Positions 41,501 through 56,500 of a DNA stretch of 64,000 nucleotides are shown here, piece by piece (the first letter of the stretch is position 1; each line of letters starts with the position of its first letter). A program made the position numbers and the translations under genes. The notes under the pieces were generated by a model. The model saw only the letters and a list, made by a program, of their open reading frames with translations. It searched no databases and was not told the DNA's origin. Source of the stretch: Hemiscyllium ocellatum (taxonomy: Eukaryota); the NCBI RefSeq assembly GCF_020745735.1, contig NC_083421.1:64285001-64349000 (forward strand). The letters run 5' to 3'.

Positions 41501-44500
41501 ATAAGAATGACATGACCAATTGTATAGATATCGAAATAATTTTTTGCATAAAGTATGTTTTTGAAATTTAAAAAAATGTGAGGTGTGGTATGTGAGGGCA
41601 GCAGTTACATAGTTAATGACAGGGCCTGGAGAGTGTTGTCAAACAAAGACACACCGATGTGCAGGTGCATAGCTCCTTGAAAGTGGAGTCACAGCGAGAT
41701 GAAGTGGTGAAGAAGGCATTTGGCACAATTGCTTTCATTGGTCAAAATTTTAGATGTGAAAGTTGGAATGTCATATTGCTGCTTTACAGGACATTGGTGA
41801 GGCCACTTTTAGAATTTTGCATGCAATTCTGTTCTTCTTCTACAGGAAAGATCTTGTTAAACTTGAGAGGGTGCAGGAAAGATTTACAAGGCTGTTGCTG
41901 AGTCCGGAGGTTTCAGTTATAGGGAAAGGTTGAATAAGCTGAGTTCTCTGAAGCATCGGAGACTGAGGAGTGACCTTAGAGAAGTTTATAAAATCATGAG
42001 GGGCGTGAATAGGGTGAATAGGTGAAATCTTTTTCCCAGGGTGGGGGAGTCCAAAACTAGAGGGCATGGGTTTAAGGTGAGAGGGGAAAGATCTTAAATA
42101 GAACCTAAGGGGTTACTTTTTCACAAGGAGAGTGGTGCATGCATGGAACGAGCTGCCACAGGAAGTAGTAGAGGTGAGTACAATTATAACATTTAAAAGG
42201 CATCTGGATTAGTATATGAATAGGGAGGATTTAGAGGTATATGGGCCAATGCTGGCAATTGGGACTAGGTCACATTGTGATATCTGGTTAGCGTGGACAA
42301 ATCGGACAGAAGGTCTGTTTCTGTGCTATATATTTCTATAACCCAATGTAATTCTATGTTGACTGCAGTCCTTCAAGCACTTAATTTTGGCTATGTTCCA
42401 TTTTTACCCATCTCCTAAAACTAGGTTGAATGTATGGATGAGGCAACTGCCAATCGTGCTATGGAAGAAGTAAGTATGTAGCCTAAGTTGCAGGGGTCAT
42501 TGTACGTGACAGGGTTCAGCTATAATGCACAGAGTGTAGACATCGGGGTCAAGGAAGCTTTACTCAGTCTCTATCCATGTACTATGGATAACTGGAAGTG
42601 TTTGGGGACAATGTAGCAAGAACTTTACTCTGCATCTAACACTGTTGACCTTGAAGTGGCTGATGGGGACATTGTAGAGTGAAAAAAAACAAAGAATTGA
42701 GGATGTTGAAGATCTGAAACAAATAAAATCAGAAATTGTCAGAAAAATGCATCAGCTCTGGCAGCATCTGTGGAGGTAAAACACCATCAATGTTTCAAGT
42801 ATAGTGACTCTTCTTCAAAACTGATAAACTGACAAGAAAGTGGTATTTTTGTTGGTGACAGGGACTTTGGTTGGGGATAGTTTCTTCGGAAGGTGCTGAA
42901 AAGTGAGTGATAGGTGGTGATGGAATCCAGAGAGAGAGAAGGTAGGCATGCAAAGGGATTATTAATAGCAAGCCAGAGAAGAAGAGAAGATAATAGGTGA
43001 AAATGAAATTATGATTAATGATGACTGTGTTGAAAGGAACCCATGTCATGATGGGATCTGGGGGTGTGGGGAAGGGTAATAGTTATCATGGGAGGTGCTC
43101 AGTCTTTAAAATTGTTAATCTCTATGTTGCGTTTTGAAGACTGTGTAAGGTTCTTATGCAGAAACTGAGGTGATGGTTTTTCCACGTTGTGTTGAGTTTT
43201 GCTGAAGCACTGCAGCAAGTCTGAGACAAAAATCTTTGGAATAGGAACATTGTGATGTGCTGAAGTGGCAAGGAACTGGAAGCTCAGAGTAAGTTTTATG
43301 GACAGACTGAGTTTTTCTGCAAAGCAGTTACCCAGTCTGTATTTGTCTTCCCAATGTAGAGGAGACCGCACTGAACAACGAATACAGTAGATTAGGTTGT
43401 GTGAAGTGCAGGCAAATTACTGCTTCATCTGGAAGATGTGTCTGGGACCTTAGATATTGAGGGAGTAAAGTGTAGGACTTGCCTGTTTCACTTCTACATT
43501 GGGGCGACAAAGCACAGACTGTGTGACTACTTCACAGAACACTGATGTTCTGTCTGTAAAAATGATCCCAATTGTTTACTTCAACGCACTATCATGTTTC
43601 TATGTCATTATATCTCTCTCAGGCCTCCTGCTGTGCTCCAGCGAGGTTCAACACAAGCTGGAGGAACAACATCTCATTTTCCACTTGGGACCTCACTCAG
43701 CCTTCAGGACTCAGCATTGAGTTCAATAATTTTACAGCATGACATGGGTTGTTTTCAGCACAGCCAATCCAATTTCAACTTTTAGCCCATAGTATTATCT
43801 TATCTGGCTTCTTGTCTCTAGCTAATTGTCAACAATCCCTTTGCCTCTCTCTCTGAGTTTTGCCTCCACCTATCTGTTCACTACTTCTCCTACCCACCGC
43901 CCGCCATTAGCATAAATACCACCTTTTCCTGGTTCTTATCCGTTTTGGAGAAGAGTCACTGAACTTTAAACAGTAAGTCTCTTTTCTCTCACAGTTGCTG
44001 CCAAATGTGCTGAGTTTACCCAACAATTCTATTTTTGTTTCTTACAGTGTAGAGTAAACTTTACTCTAGATCAATCTGTACTGTCCCTCTCTGGGAGTGG
44101 TTGATGGGGACAATGCAGAGGCACCTTGAAAAAATGGCCCAGAGACCAGTGTCCTATCACCAAGTCACAGTTTATTTACACGTGCTTAGTACATGGACTC
44201 TGACCAGCCAACTCAGAGCTAGTCCGTAGAGGGAGGAGACTCTGAATCTCCTGTTTATATCTGTTGGCCAGGGCTCCCAGATTGGGGCTGTTAACCTGGG
44301 CTTATCAAGGGTCTCAAACTGAGTGAGATCTGCTGGCCCTCTTTCCAATCACTACATTTCACCTCCATCGCCAGTCTGGGATGTATCTTCTCCTGGGATG
44401 TTTTGCCCCAGGTCTGCTTCCTCTGTTTGTGATTTGGACACAGTGGTGTGTACCAGACTGTAGCCTGTCTCCTGTGCCTGGACTTTATAGGGAGAGATTC

Positions 44501-47500
44501 CTCCTCTTCTTCAGGCAGTAACTGTATGGAGGTTGCATCAATTTTGCACTATGAGGTTACTTCAACAGTAGATAGAGGGGAACAACACACGGTTTCTGAC
44601 AGCCTTTTTAGCTGTTGTGAAGGAGAAGATAGGTTTTTCTCCTGCCCAGTTGTGAGGTAGCAGTTTTCATGTGACCCACATATTTATTTAAGATCGCATT
44701 GCCGATCCAGACTTTTTTTATCATGGGATATGACCTCACATCAACCTTGCCTTGTACCCATTTCCATGGTTTCGACACCAGAATTTGTCCCCTGAAATAA
44801 ACGGTCTCTCTCGCTTAGAGGAGGCATGTGGCCGGCATTGGCATTCCTGTTGCTGTTCCAACTCCTCCCCGAGTCCATGAACATCAGGTTTCACCTGGTA
44901 TGGTGGTCTTCTTCCCATCTGCAACTCTGGAGCTATCCCTGTAGTTGCGTGAGGGATAGTCCTATAATTGAACAGGAACCAGGATAGTTTGATATTGAGT
45001 GAAGCTGTAGACTTCCTTTAAACCTGCCTTCAGCATTTGGACTGCTGTTTCCACCATTGGATAATGAATGGTATGGAAGTGTCTGAAATGCTGAATAACA
45101 TTTGACTTTGGGAAATACTCAAAATCCCTGCTAGTAAATGATGTCCTATTGTCCCTGAACAATACTTTTGGGAGTCTCTGTATCGCGAATGGTACTCACA
45201 GTTTAGTAGTCATCTCTGATTTTGCTCAATGAACTCTCTGTAAGCCCAAACATTTTGAATGGGCATCCACAATGACCAAGAAAATTGAACCCATGAAAGG
45301 ACCAACATAGTCAACATGTAACTGAGTCCGGGGTTTACCTGGCCATTCCCACAAATGCGGGGGAGCTGCTGGTGGTAATCTTTATCCTCGTTGACACTCT
45401 GGACACTGCCCCACCAATGCACCTATGTCAGCATCTAGTCCTGGCCACCAGGCATAACGTCTTGTCGGCATTTTCATTTTGGAAACCTGATGAACCTGTG
45501 GAGTTCAGCCACTATCTGGCAGCAACCTTTACACAGGATGTCACTATTGTTCACCATAATATGCCACTTGCTGTGGTGAGGCTATCCACTTCCACTGGGA
45601 TCTCCTGTAGTTCTCATGGTCTGCCTGCCATATTTTCTAACGACAAAGCCAGTTGTAGTGCCTGTTTGAAGTCCATTAGGGCTTCAGCTAGTGGGCACTT
45701 TTGCATGGTTACATCATTAATACCAAATACCAAACTGTCTCTCAGCATCTCATACAGGGTTAACCCAAAGTCACATGCCTCTGTCAGTCTTCTTAAACCC
45801 ATCAAAATTCCTGATATGGATTCCATTGATTCTTGAACCGCTGAATAAAAGCAGTAGCATCTCAGAATAAGGGGAGGCTTGGAGTCATAAAATATTATAG
45901 CTATACAAGTCAACTCTTAGTATCTGGTGCCTCTGGAAAAGTTAGGTTGCTAATAACCGTAATTGCTGTGGATCCGCAAGCAGTCAGAAGGATTGCTCAA
46001 CTCAAAGACTGTTGTTGTGAACAAATTTTCTTTGTGAGCATGCTGTTTTCCCTCACTGTCACTGAAATAACTGTCCAGAGGCTGATATCCTGTCACCCTT
46101 TATTTAGTAGTTGACACAGACCCAACTAGCACTGAGCCAGCTCCTAGAGTGAGCAGAACTCCTGACACTCCTGATTATATCTGTCAGCCAGGGCTTCCTA
46201 GTTGACCCAGGTTAACAGCCCCAGTGAGGGATCTCATATTCAACAAGACCAATCTGACCCCCATTCCAATCACTACAGAGCTTCACTCTGTTGGGGAACT
46301 TTACTTTCAGTTTAAAAAAGTAGAGGGATCTTTACTCTGGGGTGTAGAATGGTTTTGAATGTAATGATTCTGCTTTATTCTATTCCTGTACTCGTGCCTC
46401 TGTTAGAGAGATGAGCAGTGACAATGGTGCATGTGTCAAAGGAAGCCATTTTTAGCATAATGGTTGTGTACATTAGTGGCTTTATGTCAATGACATGTCA
46501 TCCTATGTTAATTTGTCATCTTTTCTTGTCATAGGCAATGATCATATTAAAACTGGATCATCCTAATATCTGCCATTATGAGGAGATATTTGTTTCTTGG
46601 GATCATGAGGTATGAGGTGCAATTGCTTGACAATTCTGTGTCTGTAATCATATTCTCTTGTCCTCTCTAATCAGTTAGTGGGGTGAGTTCCTGCCTGATG
46701 AGATGTTGAATACAGTTTGCAAAGTCAGCCAGATTCTGCTGAGTAGAGTGATTTAAGCCCTGCCTTGGCTAACATGGCTGTAACTGGGTTCATCTGCTTC
46801 TGAAGCACTCACCCTGCTTTTGTAATTTTAAATTTGACTATTTCATTGTTCTCCTGGTCGGCATCCCAACTTACACCCTAAGTAAACTACATTTCATCCA
46901 AACACTACGGCATTTATCTAAGTTCACATTAAATAATGTTCAGAATCACTCCCAGTACTAGTTGATGACATTGGCTTCTTTTGGATGCAGGAATTTATAG
47001 TTTCAACCAGTACTGAAACCTGATAACAGCATCCAGGCTAACACTGAACACACTTTAGGTTTCTGCTAGTTATTACGGTAATAACAGCAGCTTAGCCTCA
47101 TGCATAGTATTGTTGCCTCTGACTTCAAATCCAGAGATTTCTAACAAATTACATAGCAGTGGTGATGAGTGGTGCTCTGTCTGAGGGCCAGTTGTAACAG
47201 GGTGTCGCACTGTCTGAAAATCAATACTAAAGGAGCACTATAATGTCAGAAAAGCAGTGCTGAGGGATTGCTGCATAGCTGGAGAAGCAGTACTGAGTGA
47301 GCACCATACTGCCAGAGAGGTAGTACTGAGGGAATGCTGAACTAACAGAGAAGCAGTATTGAGCAAGTGTTGTACTGTTGGAGGACCAATACTGAGGGAG
47401 TGTTGCACTGTCAGAGAGCCAGTACTGAGGAATGCTTCACTACAAAGGGTTTGTTACGGAGTCAGAGAGGCAGTAAAGAGGCATCACTGCAGTATTGGAG

Positions 47501-50500
47501 AGTAAGTTCTGATGGAGTGCTGTGCTGTGAGAGGGTGAGTGCAAAGGGAGTGCTGTACTGTCAGAAAGACAGTTCTGAGGGAGCATTGCACTCTTAGAGT
47601 GGTATATTTCAAATGAAATATTAAACTGAGCTTCTGTTTCCCCTGTCAACTGGATGTGAAGATCCAACAGAACAATTATGCTGAAAAGCACAGATGTACT
47701 CCTTTGTGTCTTGGACCAATGTTTATCTCTCAACTAACATCAACATAAGTAGCCAATTTGTTCAATAATCTCATTTCTTGAGTTCTTGATATATAAAAAT
47801 GTTTTTCTCTTTCTGAACATTGTAACAGCAACTGCTTAAGCAACAAATGCTTCATTGTTTGTACAGTGCTTATAATGTGCTGAGGTGTGAGAGGCTCTAG
47901 ATAAGTGCAAGCTTTTCCCATACTTTCAAGGTAGCTGGGATGCACTGCAATTTTTTATCCTTCATTTTGTTGTTGTTATTTGCTGTTCAGGTGTCAGCTG
48001 TCACAGTTTGTATGGTCATGGACTATTCTCCTGTAGGAGACCTGGCTTCAGTCATCCAGACCAAGAGACAGATGAAGGGGAAAATCAGAGAGATGGTAAG
48101 ATGGAAGAGGAAAGTCTTTCAACTAGCTTCTCATTTCCCTAAATACAAAGCGGCAAAGTAATAGCTGACTGCTAACTTTCAGCTGAGAATCATATGTAAT
48201 TGCAGCAGTAAATGATAATAGATCAACAGCCCATTTTAGGCAGGGTGTAATGTAAGCTGCTGATTTACCGTCACCTTCTTTAATAAAACAAAAAGGAACT
48301 GTGGAGGCTGGAGATCTGAAATAAGAACTGAAATTGCCGGGGAAGTTCAACAGCCCAGCAGCATCTGTGGGAATGAAGGAGAGATAATGTTTGAGTCTGG
48401 TGAAATGTAATGAGGGGTATGTTGGGTTCCAAGAAATCGATTGTGTTAGTGGAGTCTCTAGTCCGAGGTACAGACAGATGTTTCTATGGCCACCAGCGAA
48501 AAATCAGAATGGTGTGTTGCTTCCCTGGTACCAGGATCAAGGATGTCTCAGAGGGGCTACAGAATATTCTCAAGGGAGAGAGGGGCCAGCAGGAGGTTAT
48601 TGTACACAGTGAAAACAATGACATAGGAAAGGAAAAGGTTGAGATTTTGAAGGGAGATTACAGAGAGTTAGGCAGGAATTTAGAAAAGAGGTTCTTGAGA
48701 GTAGTAATATCTGGATTACTCCCGGTGCTACAAGCTAGTGAGGGCAGGAATAGGAGGATAGAGCAGATTAATACATAGCTGAGGAGCTGGTGTATGGAAG
48801 AAGGATTCACATTTTTGGATCTTTGGAAGTTCTTTTGGGGTAGAAGTGACCTGTACAAGAAGGATGGATTGCACCTAAATTGGAAGGGGTCTAATATACT
48901 GGCAGGGAGATTTGCTCGAGCTGCTTGGAGGATTTAAACTAGTAAAGAGGGCAGTGGGTGGGACCCAGGGAGATAGTGAGGAAAGAGATCAATCTGAGAC
49001 TGACTCACTTTATTCTCAACTGTGCCAATCAGTCAGGGCAGGCAGGGACAAAGCAGGGTACAAGGTAGGACTGATAAATTAAACTGCATTTATTTCGATG
49101 CAAGGCAGATGAACTCAGGGCATGGTTAGTAACATGGGAATGGAGTATCATAGCAATTATAGAATCGTTGCTCAGGGATGGACAGGAATGGCAGCTTAAT
49201 GTTCCAGGATACAAATGCTACAGGAAGGAGAGAAAGGGAGGCAAGAGAGGAGGGGGACTGGTGTTTTTGATTAGGGATAGCATTACAGCATCCAGAGAAG
49301 TTATTTGGGTGGAACTGAGAAATAAAGGGATGATCACCTTATTGGCATTGTATTATAGATCCCCTAATAGTCGGAGGGAAATTGAGAAACAAATGTGTAA
49401 GGAGATCTCTGTTATCTTTAAGAATAATAGGGTGGTTATGGTAGGGGATTTTAACTTTCCAAACATAGACTGGGACTGCCATAATGTTAAGGGTTTAGAT
49501 GGAGAGGAATTTGTTAAGTGTGTACAAGAAACTTTTCTGATTCAGTATGTGGATGTACCTACTAGAGAAGGTGCAAAACTTGACCTACTATTGGGAAATA
49601 AGGCAGGGCAGGTGACTGTGGTGTCAGTGGAGGAGCACTTTGGGGCCAGCAACCATAATTCTATTAGTTGTAAAACAGTGATGGACAAGGATAGACTAGA
49701 TCTAAAAGTTGAAGTTCTAAATTGGAGAAAGTCCAATTTTGATGTTATTAGGCAAGAACTTTCAAAAGCTGATTGGAGGCAGATGTTCGCAGGTAAAGGG
49801 ATGGCAGGAAAATGGGAAGCCGTCAGAAATGAGATAACAAGAGTCCAAAGAAGGTATATTCCTGTTAGGGTGAAAGGAAAGGTTGGAAGGTATAGGGAAT
49901 GCTGGATTAATGAAATTGAGAGTTTGATTAAGAAAAAGAAGGAAGCATATGCAAGGTATAGACAGAATAAATCAAGTGAATCCTTAGAAGAGTATATAAA
50001 GGCAGTATATATATATAGGAGTATAGTTAAGAGAGAAATCAGGAGGGCAAAAAGGGGACATGAGATAGCTTTGGCAAATAGGGTTAGGGAGAATTCAAGG
50101 GGTTTCTAGAAATACATTAAGGACAAAAGGTTAGCTAGGGAGAGAAGAGGGCCCCTCAAAGATCAGCAAGGCACCTTAGTGTGGAGCCGCAGGAGATACT
50201 AAATGAGTATTTTGCATCAGTATTTATTGTGGAAAAGGGCATGGAAGATGTAAAGTGTAGGGAAATAGATGAAAAATGTCCATATTGCGGAGGAGGAAGT
50301 GCTGGATGCCTTGAAACACATAAAAGTGGATAAATCCCCAGGATCCCTTAGAATTCTGTGGGAAGCTAGGGAAGTGATTGCTATTCCTCTTACTGAGATA
50401 TTTGTGTCATCGATAGTCACAGGTGAGGTGCCAGAAGATTGGAGATTGGCTAACATGGTGCCACTGTTTAAGAAAGGTGGTAAGGACAAGCCAGGGAACT

Positions 50501-53500
50501 ATAGACTAGTGAGCCTGATGTCAGTGGTGGACAAGTTGTTGGAGGGAATCCTGAGGGACAGGATGGACATGTATTTGGAAAGGCATGGACTGGTTAGGGA
50601 TAGTCAACATGGCTTTGTGTGTGGGAAATCATGTCTCATAATCTTGATTGAGTTTTTTGAAGAAGTAACAAAGAGGATTGATGAGGGTAGAGCGGTAGAT
50701 GAGGTCGATGTGGACTTCAGTGAGGCGTTCAACAAGGTTCCTCATGGTGGCTGGTTTGCAAGATTAGATCTCACGGAATATAGGGAAAACTAGCCATTTG
50801 GATACAGAACTGGCTTGAAGGTAGAAGACAGTGGGTGGTGATGGAGGGTTGCTTTTCAGACTGGAGGCCTGTGACCAGTGGTGTGCTACAAGAATCGGTG
50901 CTGGGTCCACTACCCTCTGTCATTTATAGAAATGATTTGAATGTGAACATAGGAGTTAACGTTAGCAAGATTGTAGATGACACCAAAATTGGAGGTGTGG
51001 TGGACAGCGAAGAAGGTTACTTCAGTGTACAACAAATCTTGATCAGATGAGCTAATGAGCTGAGGGGTGGCAATTGGAGTTTAATTTAGATAAGTGTGAG
51101 GTGCTGCACTTTGGACAGGCAAATCTTAGCAGGACTTTAAGTAATAGGAAGGTCCTGGGAAATTCTGCTGAACAAAGAGACCTTGGAGTGCAGGTTCGTT
51201 GTTCCTTGAAAGTGAAGTCGCAGTTAGATAGGATAGTGAAGAAGGCGTTTGGTATGCTTTTTTTAATAAAAGCATTACTGCGGATGCTGCAATCTGAAAC
51301 CAAAAGAGAAAACGCTGGAAAATCTCAGCAGGTCTGGCTGCATCTGTATGGAGAGAAAAGAGTTGATGTTTCGAGTCTAAGCTTTAACAAAGGGTCAGTT
51401 AGACTCGAAACGTCAGCTCTTTTCTCTCCTTACAGATGCTGCCAGACCTGCTGAGATTTTCCAGCGTTTTCTCTTTTTTTTATAGTTCAGAGTATTGAGT
51501 ACAGGAGTTGGGAGGTCATGTTGCGGCTGTACAGGACATTGGTGAGATCACTTTAGTTAGTGTGTGCAATTCTGGTGTCCCTCCTATCGGAAGGATGTAG
51601 TGAAACTTGAAAGGGTTCAGAAAAGATTTCCAAGGATATTGCTCGGTTTGAAGGATTTGAGCTATAGGGAGGGGCTGAATAGGCTGGAGCTGTAGTCTCT
51701 GGAAGCTGACTTATGACTTTATTGAGGTTTATAAAATCATGAGGGATAAGACATAGGAGTGGAAGTAAGGCCACTCGGACCATCGAGTCCATTCAATCAT
51801 GGCTGATGGGCATTTCAACTCCACTTATCAGCATTCTCCCCATAGCCCTTAATTCCTCGAGACAACAAGAATCTATCAATCTCTGCCTTGAAGACATTTA
51901 GCGTCCCGGCCTCCACTGCACCCTGTGGCAATGAATTCCACAGGCCCACCACTCTCTGGCTGAAGAAATGTCTCCGCATTTCTGTTCTGAATTGACCCCC
52001 TCTAATTCTAAGGCTGTGTCCACGGGTCCTAGTCTCCTCGCCTAATGGAAATAATTTCCTAGCGTTCACCCTTTCCAAGCCATGTATTATCTTGTACGTC
52101 TCTATTAAGTCTCCCCTTAATCTTCTAAACTCCAATTAATACAAACCCAGGATCCTCAGCTGTTCCTCATATGTTAGACCTACCATTCCAGGGATCATCC
52201 GTGTGAATCTCCGCTGGACACGTTCCAGTGCCAGTATGTCCTTCCTGAGGTGTGGGGACCAAAACTGGACACAGTACTCCAAATGGGGCCTAACCAGAGC
52301 TTTATAAAGTCTCAGTAGCACATTGCTGCTTTTATATTCCAACCCTCTTGAGATAAATGACAACATTGCATTTGCTTTCTTAATCACGGACTCAACCTGC
52401 ATGTTTACCTTTAGAGAATCCTTGACTAGCACTCCCAGATCCCTTTGTACTTTGGCTTTACGAATTTTCTCACCATTTAGAAAGTAGTCTATGCTTTTAT
52501 TCTTTTTGCCTAAGTGCAAGACCTCGCATTTGCTCACGTTGAATTCCATCAGCATTTCCTGGACCACTCTCCCAAACTGTCTAGATCCTTCTGTAGCCTC
52601 CCCACTTCCTCAGTACTACCTGCCTGTCCACCTAACTTCATATCATCGGCAAACTTCGCTAGAATGCCCCCAGTCCCTTCATCCAAATCATTAATATATA
52701 ATGCAAATAGCTGTGGCTCCAACACTGAACCCTTCGGAACACCGCTTGTCACCAGCTGCCATTCCAAAAAAGAACCTTTTATCCCAACTCTCTGCCTTCT
52801 GTCAGGCAGCCAATCCTCAATCCATCCCAGTAGCTCACCTCGAACACCATGGGCCCTCACCTTGCTCAGCAGCCTCCCATGTGGCAACTTATCAAAGGCC
52901 TTTTGAAAGTCTAGATAGACCACATCCACTGGGTTTCCCTGGTCTAACCTACTTGTCACCTCTTCAAAGATTTCCAACAGGTTTGTCAGGCATGACCTCC
53001 CCTTACTAAATCCATGTTGACTTGTTCTAATCAGACTCTGCTCTTCTAAGAATTTAGAAACCTCATCCTTAATGATGGATTCTAGAATTTTACCAACAAC
53101 CGAGGTTAGGCTAATTGGCCTATAATTTTCCATCTTTTGTCTTGAATGTGGATAGGGTAACTAGGAAAGGTATTTTCCCTGATGTATGGGAGTCCAGAAC
53201 CTAGAGGTCACAGGTTTAGGGTGAGAGGGGAAAAGTTTAAAAGGGACCTCAGGGGCAACGTTTTCATGCAAAGGGTGGTGTGTGTATGGAATAAGTGCCA
53301 GAGGAAGTGGTGGAGGCTGGTACAATTACAGCATTTAAAGGCTGTCACCATTTAAAGTGTTGGCAAATGGGGACTAGATTGATTTAGGATATCTGGTCAG
53401 CATGGACGGGTTGGATCAAAGGGTCTGTTTCCATGCTGTACATCTCTATGACTCTAAATGCTACCAGAGTTGCTCAGTTTCTCCAGGATTTTTAGGGTGG

Positions 53501-56500
53501 CATGGTGCCTCAGTGATTAGCACTGCTGCCTCACAGCACCAGGGTCCTGGGTTCAATTCCAGCCTTGAGTGACTGTCTGTGTGGAGTTTGCATATTCTCC
53601 CCGTGTCTGCGTGGGTTTCCTCCAGGTGCTTTGGTTTCCCCCCACAGTCCAAAGATGTGCAGATCAGGTGAATTGGCCATGCTAAATTGCCCATAGTGTT
53701 AGGTGCATTAGTCAGAGGGAAATGGGTCTGGCTGGGTAACTCTTCGGAGGGTCAGTGCGGACTTGCTGGGCTGAAGGGCCTGTTTCCACACCGGAGGGAA
53801 TCAAATTTAATTTTCTGTTTTATTTCAGATCTCTAGAATCTACAATACTCTGCTTTTTCTTTCAAAGTTCAATACCAATTTAATGTAACTTCTCAGTTCC
53901 ATTTTTCTAGTGTTTGTTTATATTTTCATGGTTTTGTTAATTCTACATCACTGCTTTTAGTAATTTGAATAGTTATCCAGTTTAGGCTTATACTTTCCAA
54001 GGAATATTTGGTCTCCTTATTCTTCCAATCAAAATATGTCACCTTGCATTTATTTATTGAACATTACTTGTCAGTTACATGCTTATCTATTACATATCCA
54101 TTCCGGTAGTTTATCATGATATGCAGGACACTGTATTGACAATTAGGAGAAAGTGAGGACTGCAGATGCTGGAGCATTCAAGGAGCAGGAGAATCGACGT
54201 TTCGGGCATAAGCCCTTCTTCATGCCCGAGACGTCGACTCTCCTGCTCCTTGGATGCTGCCTGATCTGCTGCGCTTTTCCAGCAACACATTTTTCAGCAC
54301 TGTATTGACAATGGCAACATCAGCCATATGCAGGAGATTTTCATTACAGTGACACGCCGTTTCAGAGGTTCTAAAGCAGGTATCAGCTATGGATACATGG
54401 CATGACCAGAAATCATCCCACACCACTGAAGATGGACAACTTCACAGGCTTCATTTTTAGTAGACTTTGGCTTTTCCAAAATCAGTTTGTTCAGCCGTCA
54501 AAAAAAGGGTGGGAGTCATCTCATCTCTCAAAAGTTATGACATTCTATTCCCATCATCTTGCAAAACTCAACTTTAAGTTTATTATATCTATCCATTTTC
54601 CTTGGTATTAGCTCTACCCCTAATTTTGTGTTTGTCACAAATTAAGATTAGATTAGATTGGATTCCCTACAATGTGAAAACAGGCTCTTCGGCCCAACAA
54701 GTCCCTCCGACCCTCCGAAGAGCATTCCCCAATATTATTGTTACTTTTGCAGCCAGGTTTTCTATGACTCCTGGTAGCTCACTGAGAATGTGCCAAGTAT
54801 ATTCAATAATGTAATTTGTATTTATCACAGAATCTTGCAACACAGAAGGAGATCATTCAGTCCTTCATTACTGTATCACACTTAAGAGCTGACCCTAATT
54901 TTTTAATCATCATGCGTTTTTATTAATTTCTCCTTTTGAATGTTCCTATTGAATCTACTTCCACTGCCCTTTCAGGCAATATATTCCAGATCAAAATTCT
55001 ACATAAAAAAATTCACTTATCTCACTCTCTGGTTCTTTTGCCATTTTAAAAAAAGTCTCTGACCCTCTGGATACAACCTTTATATTATGCAGTTTCTCCT
55101 TGTTTACTCTATCTAAACCTTTCATAATTTTGATGGTTTCTGTTAAAGTTACTTTCTCTAAGGAAAACGATAGCTTCTCCAATCTGAAAACAAAATAGTG
55201 CTGGAAATCACAGTGGGTCAGGCAGCATCTGTGGAGAGAGAACAAGATAATATTTTGAGTCAGATGACTCTTCATCAGAGCTGAAATGAAGTGCTGAAGG
55301 TGGAAGCATTTCTGCAATAGTGTGAGAGTGGAGCCCTGTGGGAGAAGGATGTTAATAGTACAGATTAAGTGATTGAAATGTGAGAATGGCAGAACGATGG
55401 TGTGTCTAACTGCAAGACTGGAAGGAACAGATGGACACGGTGACAGAGAATGCAACAAGTAAAACTAAAAGAAAAGAAAGAAATGGGGGTGAGTTCACAA
55501 TCCGAAGATGTTAAACTCAATATTCAGTCCAGAAGGTTGTAAAATGCCTAGCCTGAAGATGAGATGTGTTCCTCCAGTTTGTTCTGTGATTCACTGAAGC
55601 ATTGCAGCATGATGTGAGCAGGATGCTGCGTTAAAATGACTGGCCACGGGAAGACTTGGGTCATGCTTTACTAGAACCATTCTAGTAAATTGCCTTTGCA
55701 TCCTCTCTAAGGCCATGTCAGCTGATGCTGCACCAGTGAGCTTTTCATGAGGCATGTTACATGGAAGATTATGCCATGGATCTTTATTGAACTGGGGGAG
55801 GACATGAGAATCACAGACGATGAGAACAGATTAGTTGTAAGATTTTGAGAAGGTACAAAGGTGGTGATAATGGAAATTTGGAGAAACAGTTGACCAGGAG
55901 TTCCTTATCCATGCACTAACCTGCTAGAAAACACCCCTGTGGTCATTAGTGAAGACCTTCAGAGATGAACAGCTATCATATCATTGAACATGAAATTTGT
56001 AGATGTCAATAACTTCATACCTCACATAGGTGACTAATGCTCATGTGTGAGCCCAGATATTAAGCTATGGAGGGCATCATAAGCATACATGATCCCCATT
56101 TCATTTGATTCTGAATGGTGCCCGGTGGCGATTAGTACTGGAAGCACTGGACAATACCCCATTAATTAAGATGAATTTGCACCAATCATAGAGTCCCAGT
56201 CCACACTCACCTCAATCTAGATTAGAGTGGTGCTAGAAAAGCATAGCAATTCAGGCAGCATCCAAGGAGCAGTAAAATTGACGTTTCGGGCAAAAGCCCT
56301 TCATCAGGAATACAGGCAGAGTTCCTGAAGGGTGGAGAGATAAATGAGAGGAGGGTGGGAATGGGGAGAAAGTAGCAAAGAGTATAATTGGTGAGAGGGG
56401 GAGGGGATGAAGGTGATAGGTCAGGGGAGAGGGGGGAGTGGATAGGTGAAAAAGAAGATAGGCAGATAGGACAAGTCATGGGGACAATGCTGAACTGGCG

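Larger units (their letters stand above)
48405..53455 (+). mobile_element. Near full-length CR1 LINE (SGNH-esterase ORF1, APE and RT ORF2), disrupted, with two nested insertions
   Basis: ORF1 SLVRGTDR...CCFPGTRIKDV...DGLHLN, ORF2 YRSPN, GDFNFP, LDLLL, EDWRLANMVPLFKKG, with stops and frameshifts. Confidence 0.95.

Noticed and set aside
49168-50109. 313-aa open ORF as a domesticated or active gene
   Set aside because: It is the APE/linker part of CR1 ORF2, with an internal deletion and stops and frameshifts on both sides.
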